A stretch of 64,000 bases of DNA, taken from positions 24,301,042 to 24,365,041 of the forward strand of contig NC_057715.1 in the NCBI RefSeq assembly GCF_004010195.1. Reading direction: 5' to 3'. This DNA comes from Chiloscyllium plagiosum (lineage: Eukaryota). Of this stretch, positions 13,262 through 25,431 are shown piece after piece (within the stretch, counting starts at the first letter, position 1; each line of letters opens with the position of its first letter). The notes beneath the pieces are model-generated. The model was not told the DNA's origin. It searched no databases and was given only the letters and a program-made list of their open reading frames with translations. The position numbers and the translations under genes were made by a program.

Positions 13262-14049
13262 CTGACAAACGAGACATCCTGTTTACAAAAAAAAACTAAC
13301 CTTGAAGCTATTTTGCGTCGGCCTTTCTACCAATGTCCCAATGCAGTTGCAGAAGACGATCGGGAACACCCAATGGGAACCCAGGTCTGGTATATTTCAG
13401 TCCCAAGTCAAATAGCAACATGATGCAGCCCTTGTAATCTCATAACCTCAACTCATAACTGCTATGCTTACCAGATAGCATTCTGATCTTGAACTTAGCA
13501 GTTGGCATGTGAAAAATAAAGTGCATTTGGCAGCAGTGCTAGCTCATAATACCTCTAGTTTGGTTATTTTTAAGAAGAATTTCAAAACAGCCACCACAAT
13601 GAAAGGCAACTTGTTTAAGCCCAATGCTGATATCTCTATCTTCATAGTTCCCATTATGATTAAACAAACATAGTTTTTGCATTTCAGCTGGTGGTGAATT
13701 TAACATGAGCACTTACTGGATGAACAAATGTCAGTCACCACTAATGCCTGTTGGTTTACTTGCCAATGGAGCTCACTATTGGAATTTAATTGAACATCTG
13801 CTCTTCCCTGGAGTAGCTGTAACGTTTGCACATAAATAACTGCCAGTAACATTAGTACCACTATTATTTTGACACCAAGTGATGGGACAATTTACTTTGC
13901 CAGAAATAGTGATTCACAGTCAAATTCTGTGATGTGGTCTAAACAGCTTTATGGCATCACTACACCACTCTTACCTGGAATAACAAAAACACTGCTGCTA
14001 CATATGTAATATTTGGGAAGTATCCCACTTTGGTAGATGGATTAATGTG

Positions 14050-14345
14050 AATTTAGTTTAAAAAATCTGGAATTATTGTGGCACTATCACCATGCTGTAT
14101 TGGACAGAATAAAACCAGCAGCTCAAGACTGGACATCGATGAGACATTGTGGGCAATCAACAGCAACAGAATTGTACTGCAGCACATTGTGCAATGTAAG
14201 CCTGCTATTCCCTCTCTTAGGGCACTATGGGTCAACTGACAGGACATGGACTACAATGGTTCAAGAAGTCGGCTCACTACCTCCTTCTGAAGGGCAACTA
14301 ATGGGAAATAATTGCTAGCCAGATAGTGAGAACCAAGCGAATAAA
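14050..14345 (+). mobile_element. LINE family B fragments (internal piece + 3' tail)
   Basis: ..tggttcaagaag..gctcactacc..cttctgaagggcaacta..aataa matches 37740-37810. Confidence 0.6.
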
Positions 14346-14535
14346 AAAAACAACTATTGAAGACAGCTTAGTTTTTTGTATTGCCATCAATGTGTCCAGA
14401 TGGAAATTGTAGTGATGGCAATACAATCAGGTAGTCCAAGTTGCTTTGCCAACATGTATTTTTACATGCATGTTACTGCCTGCAACTTTTGACACTGATG
14501 GTAAAGACAACAAATTTCTTTCCATCATATGGCTA

Positions 14536-14606
14536 GTGTGTGTGTGTGTGTTTGCGTCTGTCTATGTGTGTGCGTGTGTGTTGTCTGTCTGTGTGTCTGT
14601 GTGTGT
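14536..14606 (+). repeat. Imperfect (GT)n microsatellite
   Basis: Directly visible. Confidence 0.95.
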
Positions 14607-14623
14607 ATATCAAGTCTTTGAGT

Positions 14624-14846
14624 GGAAAATTGTGGCACTGGACAAGCACAGCAGGTCAGGCAGCATCTGAGGAGCAGGAGAATCAATGTTTCGGGCATAA
14701 GCCCTTCATCAGGAAGCAGCATCATTCTTGATGAAAGGGTTATGCCCAAAACATTGATCCTCCTGCTCCTCAGATGCTGCCTGACCTGCTGTGCTTTTCC
14801 AGCATCGCACTTTTTGACTCTGATCTCCAGCATCCTCACTGTCACC
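14624..14846. mobile_element. Penelope family A hairpin insertion (two inverted hammerhead-bearing arms + tail)
   Basis: Inverted arms of about 85 bp centred near 14718; flanks tatcaagtctttgagt (14608-14623) and tatcaagtcttggagt (14847-14862). Confidence 0.88.
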
Positions 14847-14989
14847 TATCAAGTCTTGGAGTTGCATTTGAGACCAATAGAACCCTGAGTAAAGCAGTAA
14901 TGTAAAGGAAAAACATTTCAAAATGCAGTTATAAAAAATTACACAGAAACTAATTCTACTAAACACGCATAAGAGTGTTCATATTCAAA

Positions 14990-15390
14990 AGACTGGAGAA
15001 GCTAAGACTCTTTTCTCTTAAAGGCAGAGAAGTAATACGATAGAAGACTTCAAGATTGTGAATGTGTTTTATAGCCGAATGTGGAAAAGATGGTTCTACC
15101 AGTAAGAGACAACAATCGGGAAAAAGCAAAAAAGAGTAATTAACAAATCCAACAGGAAAATCAGGAGAAATGTCTTTACCCAGGGAATAGTTCGGAAGTG
15201 GAATCAATTCCTTTGGTGAGCAGTTGAGACGAATAGGATAGATGCTTTTAAGAGGAAGTCAGTAAACACAAGGGAGAAAGGATATGTTGATTAGGTTTAG
15301 ATGAAAAAAAGACAGGGAGAAGAGATTCATGTGGTGCATAAATACTGGCATGGACCTATAGGACTGAATGACCTGTTTCTGTGCTATAAA
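14990..15390 (+). mobile_element. Old CR1 LINE 3' end
   Basis: ggagaagctaagactcttttc..aggagaaatgtctttacccag..gactgaatgacctgtttctgtgcta. Confidence 0.65.
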
Positions 15391-16258
15391 TACTTACTAA
15401 AATGTGCATCTGATTCAACTATGAAAGTTCATTTGTCACTTGCTTTGTGCTGATTTGAAAGGGCGTTATTTCATTTAAACCGCTCTGTATTAGAAGGATA
15501 CTTGTGTTAGCTTGTTATTGAATGCTCCAGAAACAAACTCATTACCCCATCTATTCACACATATTAAATAACAAACAGATGGATGGCTGTAACAGGCTGC
15601 CAAGATTTCCATGAATGTTCTATTTAAAAAAAAACAAAGATGTTTTATTTAGATTTGTTCTTTGTTTCTTTCTGTTTTTCTGGCAGATGGCAGCTGGTTC
15701 CTGATGTTTGTACTGGCACGGATGAAATAACTGTCTGTTTGCATGAAACCTGATAACTCTTTGAACTGTTGCTTTTATGATTTTATTTAAGGAACTATAT
15801 TATTTGATAAATTAATTTACTAAAACAAAGATTTCCACGTTCGAAGAAAGAAGACAAGCAGATAATTAATCTTATGGTGGTCAGCTTTAGAAGAACATGG
15901 TTGCTTTGTCAATATCTGGCCAACAGGTCTGTTCATATTTCAGTATGTATAAAGTCGACTTACTTAATTCCAGAAAAATGCTGCTAAATGTTGCAGGGTA
16001 TTTGAGAACAATTTTCATTGAAACTGCACAAGGTCGCAATAATGTCCTTTTGCCATGGTGCTATTTCAAATCAAACTAAACCAATGGCTAAATTCCCTGT
16101 AGGATTAATATATTTTTAATCCAATATGAAAATATATTTACCATAAAATAGGTCGACATAATTCTGAGCTGATGTCATTAACTACCATGAAGCTAAAGTT
16201 TATTTGAGATTCATTGCCTAATTTGGTCATTGATGAAAGTCAAACTAGGAGTAACATT

Positions 16259-16469
16259 GTTAAAAATCACACAACACCAGGTTATAGTCCAACAGGTTTA
16301 ATTGGAAGCACACTAGCTTTCGGAGCGACGCACCTTCATCAGACAATCACCTGATGAAGGAGCGGCGCTCCGAAAGCTAGTGTGCTTCCAATTAAACCTG
16401 TTGGAATAACCTGGTGTTGTGTGATTTTTAACTTTGTACACCCCAGTCCAACACTGGCATCTCTGAATC
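16259..16469. mobile_element. Penelope family B hairpin insertion, young
   Basis: Near-perfect inverted arms of about 84 bp (16259-16342 vs 16351-16432), a single-copy tail of about 37 bp, and a perfect 12-bp TSD aggagtaacatt (16247-16258, 16470-16481). Confidence 0.93.
16348..16382 (+). ncRNA. Best-preserved minimal type I hammerhead ribozyme (family B)
   Basis: cac-CTGATGA-A-GGAGC(GGC)GCTCC-GAAA-GC-TA-gtg: stem I cac/gtg, 5-bp stem II, AGCT palindrome for stem III, predicted cut after CUA (16379). Confidence 0.8.
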
Positions 16470-16897
16470 AGGAGTAACATTAGTATCTTTCAGAAGATGT
16501 ATCCCCTGGCTGGGTACGGTTACCAACACACAATGGATTGTGTTAATTCCATGAGTATATAAACATTGATTAGGGTTCTTATGGCACACTGGTAGTGTCC
16601 TTACCTCTGAGGCCATGTTCAAGTGCTACCTGCTCCAAAGGTCTGTCAAAACATCTCTGAATATATTAATTAAAAATACATGTAATTATTGATAATCTAA
16701 TGATGTCTCTGCTTGTTCAGCCGCATTCATCAGATGGATTATAGCTATATACCTAAAGATCCTCTATTCAGTGATTTGATTATGACTGTCTGACCATCCA
16801 TATATCCACTACAAGAAAAACTGCAAATGAGCTATGAAGACATCAAATGTTGGAGACAATTACTGATGGCCATGATCTCTGTCATCCAACCCTTTGG

Positions 16898-17732
16898 ATG
16901 ATAAGGGAACTCCATTCCTCATTTTTGAAGTTCTAGCATGGTATATTTTACCTGTAAGGACTGAGGGATACCTCAACAACAAGAGACAATGATGTATCAG
17001 CATGATTATGTGCTAAAAGGGTTCTTTGAAACTACATCCTAACCATCACTATTCATTTAAACTAAGGTCAAAATAAAGGAGAGACAATCCCAATATTTTC
17101 TTGAGTGAATATGGATATAAGAAGAGGTGACAGAAACAATATGCTCAGCTGGCTGAGAAAATGTCTCAGAGATAACAGAGGCCAATGAATTGTTTCAGCC
17201 CATGCTTCTCCTCTGCAGCAAATGCAGCTATGTCAGAATGGAACTTCTGAGCTACATCAGGTGCTATCTAACACAGAGTTGACAACTTGGTACAAGCCAC
17301 CGTGCATATCAGCTCAAAGCCCGCCACTTTCAAATCCTCTGGGCAATCTAAAGCACTTTACAGGCAATAAAGCTCTTTTGAATTGTAGCCACTAGTGTAA
17401 GATAGACCAAATGCAGCAGCTCAAACTTGATGATGCAAAATCTCACAAAACACTAAGCAATAAATAACCAGCTATTCAGTTAGGAACTATTTTGGTTGGG
17501 AAATGCATGTGACCAGAATGATAAGGGAACTCCATTCCTCATTTTTGAAGTTCTAGCATGGTATATTTTACCTGTAAGGACTGAGGGATACCTCAACAAC
17601 AAGAGACAATGATGTATCAGCATGATTATGTGCTAAAAGTGTTCTTTGAAACTACATCCTAACCATCACTATTCATTTAAACTAAGGTCAAAATAAAGGA
17701 GAGACAATCCCAATATTTTCTTGAGTGAATAT
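16898..17732 (+). repeat. 215-bp direct duplication (16898-17112 and 17518-17732)
   Basis: Copies identical by eye except one base (aaaagggtt vs aaaagtgtt); offset 620 bp. Confidence 0.95.
17340..17600 (-). mobile_element. Old Deu-domain SINE (SacSINE1/AmnSINE1-like)
   Basis: aaagcactttacag..ttttgaattgtagccact..accag..gggaactcc.. is the reverse complement of the family seen at 54470-55145. Confidence 0.6.
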
Positions 17733-18068
17733 CAAGCTCCCCTGAGTTGGTGACCTTACACTCCAGAGCAGATACAATAGTGTACTGTTCCCAATCAAAT
17801 CCAGTAATCAACATGCTGACCGTTGATTACTCAAACCACCCTGTCTCCCCCTTCCCCCACATTATTGATTTCCCTCCTTTGCTCGATCATCCCATGTATG
17901 TTTCGTTGGAAGTACGGCCCCAACTGTTGAGCAACCAGACACCTGACTGATCTCTTTGCACCTCCCCAACTGTCTTATTGTGACTCCCTCAATTGGTTCA
18001 ACTGGACCTCTGGGACTGATAGCAATCCACTCCCTGGACTACAATGCAATGGAACCCCTGACACTAGG

Positions 18069-18521
18069 TGTTTTAAAAAATTCTCAAGGTCAGGTTCGTA
18101 GGAGAGTAGTCTGACACAGAACAAACGACCAAGAGGCGAGTCTGCTAGAATATGGGCATTTTATTCCCCGCAGCGTTGCCAGAACGGGTCTGGCTTATAC
18201 TCACTCTACATGTTACCAAAACTGGGAGCCGTCAGTTCTCGTAGAGCGGTTGCCAACAACCCAAGCTCGGCGGTTAAACGTAACCCCGGAGCAGACTCAC
18301 CGAACTGGAGACTTTTCCAGCTGATATACTCTTTTCCAGATATAAACATTCATGTGAACAGCAGAGCAAGGCTAAAAAACACATTCCATTCTGGTTACAT
18401 ACAGATAAGAAGATTCACACGGGACTAAGCAACACCTCCATTCCGGTTAGATTCACACATGTATTGGGACATAATTTTTAACCGTTTCACCACATTCCAC
18501 TGCTTGGAATTTTACACCACA
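18069..18521 (-). mobile_element. Solo LTR (453 bp), CpG-rich and apparently young
   Basis: TG...CA ends with a perfect 5-bp TSD ctagg (18064-18068, 18522-18526); minus-strand AATAAA at 18160-18165; many retained CpGs. Confidence 0.75.
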
Positions 18522-21042
18522 CTAGGTGATCCAAATAGCAGTCTGACCGTGTCTAAGGCCTTGGACTGAGGCTGGACGATGGTATTCACTGATTGTGATG
18601 AGACCCTCAGACTGATAACAGTGCCCATTGACTGCAGTGAGGACTATTTCCTCATTTCCATTACCATTGGTTGATGGACAATGCATTATGTTTGCCACAT
18701 ATGCTGCTAACACATTGTCTAAGTGTAACATTAACATAACACAGTGCCTTGCAGTAACATCTTCACCCCCTTGACTGATCATTGATGGTAAGTATGACAT
18801 ATTGCCTGGTTTCATCTTTGCACTAAAAGGCAAGATAAGACAGAAACATGGTGAGCTTTTAAGTTCTGAATATGTAAAAATGTAAGGCAAGGCTGATATG
18901 TACTCAGCATCCAAGTAAGTGCAAGGTGAATGAGCACTAAGAGAGCAAGTCTTGAACCCTGAACTGAAGCTTGTTTTGATGCATAAGATCAATACCTGTC
19001 CCTGTGTGCAAAGCAGCCTGGCAGGAATATTGTAAAGTGTTGGTGAGCTCCAAATGCAGTATTGACATGCTAAACTCAATTGTAAATGAGTTGTCATCAT
19101 GCCAAGTGATGTGGTGATGTTTGTGCATCTACAATGCCAATCTCCATGGATGGGAATGGGAGCTGGTTACTGCCTATGAAGCGTGCCCTGAGATGTTGGG
19201 GAATGATGGTCAGGATGAATATCAAGATGGTGCTGCAATGGCAGAGAAGATACTCATGAGCTAGTGGTGCCAGATCCCCACTCAGCTTTTCATGTTGGGA
19301 ATTGTTGTCATGCCACGCCTGGGAAAATAACAAATTATAAACAATTGAGGTGAGGCAACTTAATAATGAAACCTTAATACTTCATTGTTCACTGATGAGA
19401 TTTTCAGCTTGTGTTCAAAACCTTGGATGCTTATTTTTGCTCAACATTGAGAATCTCATTTGACCAAGCCTGCTGTATTTCCCCAGCTGTCAATGCCCAC
19501 AGTTGAGGGCCTGAGAAAATTCCACACTGTGTGTTTAATCTATGGTAAAATAATCAGAAACAATCATCACTGTATTAAATGTTTGCCATCTGAAAACGTT
19601 TTTGAGCGGACAAAGGATGGAAGGAATACCTTGGAAACAAGGAATCATTTTAAACCGAGTCCAGAAAGATAAATGACTATCTGAAGAATAGTGCAATTGT
19701 ATCTGTGATGTGATGTTGGCTTTCATTACAAATTAAAAGGAAAATGGGAAAGCTCAGTTCTATATTGAAGGTATACGATCCCTCCAAAATCAATGCATAG
19801 TCAATTGTGCTTCCAGCCTTATTCTTAAATTAAACTGCTTAAAACTGATAATCTCGTCATCCTCTCAGCTACAATTAGAAGTTCAACTCTCTTTTTTTAA
19901 AGTTTTTGGTCTCTGTAGGGATCATAGCCAAATAGAAATATCCTGCAGGAGCTCCAAAATTTTTATTTTCTGCACTCCCATATGTAACACCAATCCACAT
20001 CAGCAAGTGTGAATTTTCTAAGAGCAAATCAGTTCTCAATTAAACAAGTCAATTCATCAAGTACAATAGTTTGCAGTTGTACTTCTAACAGTAAGAGTAA
20101 TTTGCCAGACAAATGTTGTAAAAGGTTAATGGGACATAAAAGATGTCTGAAGGCTGAATAGGAAGTATATAATTCAGTTTGTGAGGAATGTTTACTTTAA
20201 TAGACTGCATGCGACCAGTAATCATTGATACCATTGAGGCGTTTTCACCCTGAAGGTAACAAAAGTGCAAATTAACTCAGAATTCTAGATCTGGGTAAAT
20301 GAAATGAGGATAATTGTGTGTCCTGCAGAGACCATTAAATCTGATAGAAATATTATGATATGTAGAATTCAAAGCAAGTGAAATATTCTCCATTATCTAA
20401 ATCGCTTTTACATGCAATCTTAAAGCTATTTGAAAGTTACACATTGTAATATTTACCAATACAATCCACTAGCACGTGCTTTGAGTGATGTTGGTGGTAT
20501 ACAGAAATGTAAATTGTAATGTTCCTTTCACCCAGGGCAACTTTTGTTTCCTGCCTTTGGAGGTTTCTAGGCAACATGTCATCACTGTGTGTTATATGTG
20601 CTCTGCATGTGTGCTGTATAAAGTCCCATGGCATCTTGGGTCACAACAGAAGAATAATATACCATATACTGAACATTGTTGACTGGAAGTGCTTCACACT
20701 GAATCTTTATTGCACAGTCAAGGCCATGGTACTACTATGACTTTGCCCATGGATTAAATGTAATGTGGAAACAATTCTAGACTTTGTCTCCGCTTATGTG
20801 ACTAGAACTTGTAAAACATTAGGGAGGTGTAAGATATGCTTCAGACTTATGTAACCTATGTCAGTGTATGATGCAGGAAAAGGGACGAAACAACAGCAAA
20901 CACTTATATTTGTACAAGAACTAAGAAAAAGCAGCAGGAGTAGGCCTTTTGGTAAGATCATTGCTCAAATTCAAACATAGATTCACTTTTATAGAAATAT
21001 TAAACATAACCCAGGTTTGTGAGTTTTTGCCATGTGCCTATA

Positions 21043-21368
21043 TAGAATCCCTACAATATGGAAGCAGGCTATTCAGCCCAATGAGTCACACTGAATTTCC
21101 AAAGAGCATCCCACACAGTCCCACCCATCCATCTGTAACCCTATATTACCATGGTTAATCCATCTAGCCTGCACATCCCTGGACACTATGGGAAATTTAG
21201 CATCACCAATCCACCTAATCTGCACATCTTTGGACTGTGGAAGGAAACCAACAGAGATAAAGGGAGAATGTGTAAACTCGACACAGACAGTTGCCCAAGG
21301 CTGGAATCAAGCCCAGATCCCTGACACCTTGAGGCAGCAGTGTGATCTATTGAGCCACTGTGCTGCCC
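21043..21368 (-). mobile_element. HE1-type SINE
   Basis: tRNA-like head, central tgtgtggagtttgcac-type domain and CR1-like tail, as in the 62471-62758 copy. Confidence 0.9.
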
Positions 21369-22329
21369 CAGTCTTTAGTCTGTTACTAAAGAGGCCTACT
21401 CTCGACTTGCATATCTTTGGACAACAGAACAGGAAGTCCCATAAGATTGTGGACTTGTGAGAGAAGTCTTTTCTTTCCTTCTCTGCTACCACTCTGCCTC
21501 AACATTAAGGTGCTGGGACTCGAAGCATGCTGATACTTGGTGGACAAATCATTGCCATTTATTGAACAAGCTGTAGCAAGCCATCTTCGTCATCAATGTC
21601 AACACTGCCATGAGGCCAAGGCAAGTTTCAGAGCGTTTGTGATGTGCTCCCCTGGGTTGTTGGCGATTTGACATTTGAGAAAACTGTATCTGGATTGGAG
21701 TGAACAGGGGTGTGTAGGGTAGTTGGTGGGCAGTAGGAATGAGGCAGATTCTCTGATAAACATTTGAAATAAGCAGGTCAAGATCTGCCTTCCAATGCTT
21801 TAATGGATGCATGGTGACTTTTAAGTAGCAGAGAGGGGAACCTGGTAGAAATGGATTTGCTATGAATCATTTCCACATTCCTACAACCACGAATAAATCA
21901 ATTGACAGAATAGTTATGGAAATGGTTAACCTTTACAGCCAAACTGTCCACAAGCATAAAAGTGCTAACAACTTACTAAGAAGAAATTTTCCCATTTTCT
22001 TGCCTGGTACTTTACTGGTAGAACTATGTCCCTTACAATGCACAGCTGGTGTTTATTATAATTCTATTTGTACAATAACCAGTAAAATGTAATATATTAA
22101 ATTCATATTGAAATAGTTGTAGAGAAAAATTCCAAAGAAAATCCCACTTAATATCCTGATCAAAAAATAAAATATGCAGAGATTAAAATACCAGAACATG
22201 TTAATAAAACTCATAACAAGGCTACTTAAAGTAATTGTATTCAAAATTGAAAGCCTGGCCTCTATTAGCTAACAGCTAATAGTCCATTTTACCATGTGAT
22301 ACGGCACTATCCGATATTAACAAATCTTC

Positions 22330-23687
22330 AATAAGAAAAGTTCCTGATACAGTATGTGGATGTACCTACTAGAGAAGTTGCAAAACTTGACCTACTCTTG
22401 GGAAATAAGGCAGGGCAGGTGACTGACGTGTCTGTGGAAGAGCACTTTGGGGTCAGCGACCATAATTCTATTAGTTTTAAAATTGTGATGGAAAAGGATA
22501 GACCGGATCTAAAAGTTGCAGTTCTAAATTTGCGGAAGGCCAATTTGGACAGTATTAGGCAAGAACTTTCAAAAGCTGATTGGGTGGGGATGTTCGCAGA
22601 TAAAGGGACCACTGAAAAATGGGATTCCTTCAGAAATGAGAAAGTATATTCCTGTTAGGGTGAAAGGAAAGGATGGTAGGTAGAGGGAATGCTGGATGAC
22701 TAAAAAAATTGAGGTTTTGGTTAAGAATAAGAAAGAAGCACATGTCGGGTATAGACATGGTAGATCGAGTGACTCCTTAGACGAGTATAAAGGCAATAGG
22801 AGTACAATTAAGAGAGATTTCAGGAGGGCAAAAATGGGACATGAGATAGCTTTGGCAAATAGAACTAAGGAGAATCCAAAGGGTTTTTACAAATACATTA
22901 AGGACAAAAGGGTAACTGGGGAGAGAATAGGGCCCCTCAAAGATCAGCAAAGTGGCCTTTGTGTGGAGCCACAGGAGATGGGGGAGATACTAAACGAGTA
23001 TTTTGCATCAGCATTTACTGTGGAAAAGGACATGGAAGATATAGAATGTAGGGAAATAGATGGTGACATCTTGAAAAAAAATGTCCATATTACAGAGGAG
23101 GAAGTGCTGGATGTCTTGAAATACATAAAAGTGGATAAATACCCAGGAACTGATCAGGTGTACCCTAGAACTCTCTGGGAAGGTAGGGAAGTGATTGCTG
23201 GGCCTCTTGCTGAGATATTTGTATCATCGGTAGTCACAGGTGAGGTGCCGAAAGATTGGAGGTTGGCTAACGTGGTGCCACTGTTTTAGGAAGGTGATAA
23301 GGTCAAGCCAGGAAACTATAGACTAGTGAACCTGATGTCTGTGGTGACAACATTGTTGGAGGGAATCCTGAGGGATGGGATGTACACGTATTTGGAAAAG
23401 CAAAGTTTGCAGATGACACCAATATTGAAGAGAATTACCTCAGATTACAACAGGATCTTGACCAGATGGGCCAATGGGCTGAGAAGTGGCAGATGGAGTT
23501 TAATTTAGATAAATGTGAGGTGTTGCATTTTGGGAAAGCAAATCTTAGCAGAACCCAGAACTAGAGGGCATAGGTTTAGGGTGAGAGGGGAAAGATATAA
23601 AAGAGACGTAAGGGGCAACCTTTTCACAAAGAGGGTGGTACGTGTATGGAATGAGCTGCCAGAGGAAGTGGTGGAGGCTGGTACAAT
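22330..23687 (+). mobile_element. CR1/HER1 LINE ORF2 fragment with internal deletions
   Basis: ORFs 22356-22658 (PTRE..LDLLL..SDHNSISF, APE end) and 22696-23289 (..ENPKGFYKY..VPKDWRLANVVPLF); later sequence skips blocks present in the adjacent copy. Confidence 0.92.
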
Positions 23688-23698
23688 NNNNNNNNNNN
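23688..23698. other. Assembly gap (11 N)
   Basis: Run of n between two overlapping CR1 copies. Confidence 1.
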
Positions 23699-25130
23699 AG
23701 GTGCCGGAAGACTGGAGGTTGGCTAACGTGGTCCCACTGTTTAAGAAGGATGGTAAGAACAAGCCAGGGAACTATAGACAAGTGAGCCTGACTTCAGTGG
23801 TGGGCAAGTTGTCGGAGGGCATCCTGAGGGACAGGATGTACATGTATTTGGAAAGGCAAGGACTAATTAGGGTTTGTCAACATGGCTTTGTGCGTGGGAA
23901 ATCATGTCTCACAAACTTGATTGAGTTTTTTGAAGAAGTAACAAAGAGGATTGATGAGGGCAGGATGATGGACGTCATCTACATGGACTTCAGTAAGGCA
24001 TTCGACAAGGTTCCTTATGGGAGACTGGTAAGCAAGATTAGATCTCATGGAATACAGGGAGAACTAGCCATTTGGACACAGAACTGGTTCAAAGGTAGAA
24101 GACAGAGGGTGGAGATGGAGGGTTGTTTTTCAGACTGGAGGCCTGTGACCAGGGGAGTGCCACAAGGATCGGTACTGGGTACACCATTTTTCATCATTTT
24201 TATAAATGATTTGGATGTGAGCACAAGAGGTATAGTTAGTAAGTTTGTAGATGACACCAAAATTGGAGGTGCAGTGGACAGCGAAGAAGGTTACTTCAGA
24301 TTGCAACAGGATCTTGATCAGATGGGCCAATGGGCTGAGAAGTGGCAGATGGAGTTTAATTTCGATAAATGTGAGGTGCCGCATTTTGGGAAAGCAAATC
24401 TTAGCAGGACTTATACACTTAATGAGAAGGTCCTGAGGAGTGTTACTGAACAAAGAGACCTTGGAGTGCAGGTCCATAGCTCCTTGAAAGTGGATTCACA
24501 GGTAGATTGGACAGTGAAGAAGTCGTTTGGTATGTTTTCCTTTATTGGTCAGAGTACTGAGTACAGGAGTTGGGAGGTCATGTTGTGGCTGTACAAGATA
24601 TTGGTTAGGCCACTGTTGGAATATTGCGAGCAATTCTGGTCTTCTTCCTATCGGAAAGATGTTGTGAAACATGAAAGAATGTTGCCAGGGTTGGAGGATT
24701 TGAGTTATAGGGAGAGGTTGAATAGGCTAGGGCTGTTTTCCCTGGAGCATTGGAGGTGAAGGGTGACCTTATCGAGGTTTACAAAATCATAAGGGGCATG
24801 GATAAGACAAATAGACAAAGTCTTTTCCCTGGGGTTCGGGAGTGCAGAACTAGAGGGCATAGGTTTAGGGTGAGAGGGAAAGATATAAAAGAGACCTAAG
24901 GGGCAACATTTTCACACAGAGGGTGGTATGCATAGGGAATGACCTGCCAGAGGAAGTGGTGGAGGCTAGAACAATTGTAACATTTATAAGGCATCTGGAT
25001 GGGTATATGAATAGGAAAGGTTTGGAGGTAATATGCACCGGGTGCTGGCAGGTGGGACTAAATTGGGTTGGGATATTTGGTCGGCATGGATGAGTTGGAC
25101 CGAAGGGTCTGTTTCCATGCTGTACATCGC
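23699..25130 (+). mobile_element. CR1/HER1 LINE RT domain and 3' end, non-functional
   Basis: NYRQVSLTSV..QHGFVRGKSCLTNL..YMDFSKAFDKVP..GVPQGSVLG..FINDLD..KFVDDTK..WQMEFN; premature stop at 24757-24759. Confidence 0.95.
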
Positions 25131-25347
25131 TGTTATGGTCCTCATAGAGATTATACATTTTAAAAAGGTCAAATGTCCAGTTAATTGCTGAAAAAAATGA
25201 CAAGTCAACATTTTATATTTTTAGATGCATACTATAACAAATCACTGAAACACTCAGTCTAAATATTATTGTTGCAAGTAACTTATATTTAAACAACAGA
25301 GCAAAATGTTTCTCATTTATATTTGTCACATATTGTCACCTCTACAG

Positions 25348-25431
25348 AATTTTCCAAAGGGATCAAAACACCCAATCTTGGAGAGTGGCAACTTCAAGTG
25401 ACCAATTCCAGGTGTTTCCTTTAGATTTGTG
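25348..25431 (+). CDS. Candidate internal exon (84 nt, phase 2-2): IFQRDQNTQSWRVATSSDQFQVFPLDL
   Basis: Acceptor ttgtcacctctacag, consensus donor tg|gtaagt, only one open frame, length a multiple of 3. Confidence 0.4.

Noticed and set aside
15687-15753. Exon after a strong acceptor (ttctttctgtttttctggcag)
   Set aside because: All frames stop within 22 codons and there is no good donor; not supportable as a feature without RNA data.
16898-17732. 215-bp repeats as LTRs of a TRIM or retrozyme
   Set aside because: No CA end, TSD, PBS or PPT is evident, there is no hammerhead, and the repeat starts in the middle of an old SINE.
18522-19100. 192-aa minus-strand ORF
   Set aside because: No recognisable domain or splice context; its composition looks like translated non-coding DNA.
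23515-24759. 414-aa ORF as a functional or domesticated reverse transcriptase
   Set aside because: It is a chimera across an N gap joining two CR1 copies, lacks the endonuclease and ends in a premature stop.
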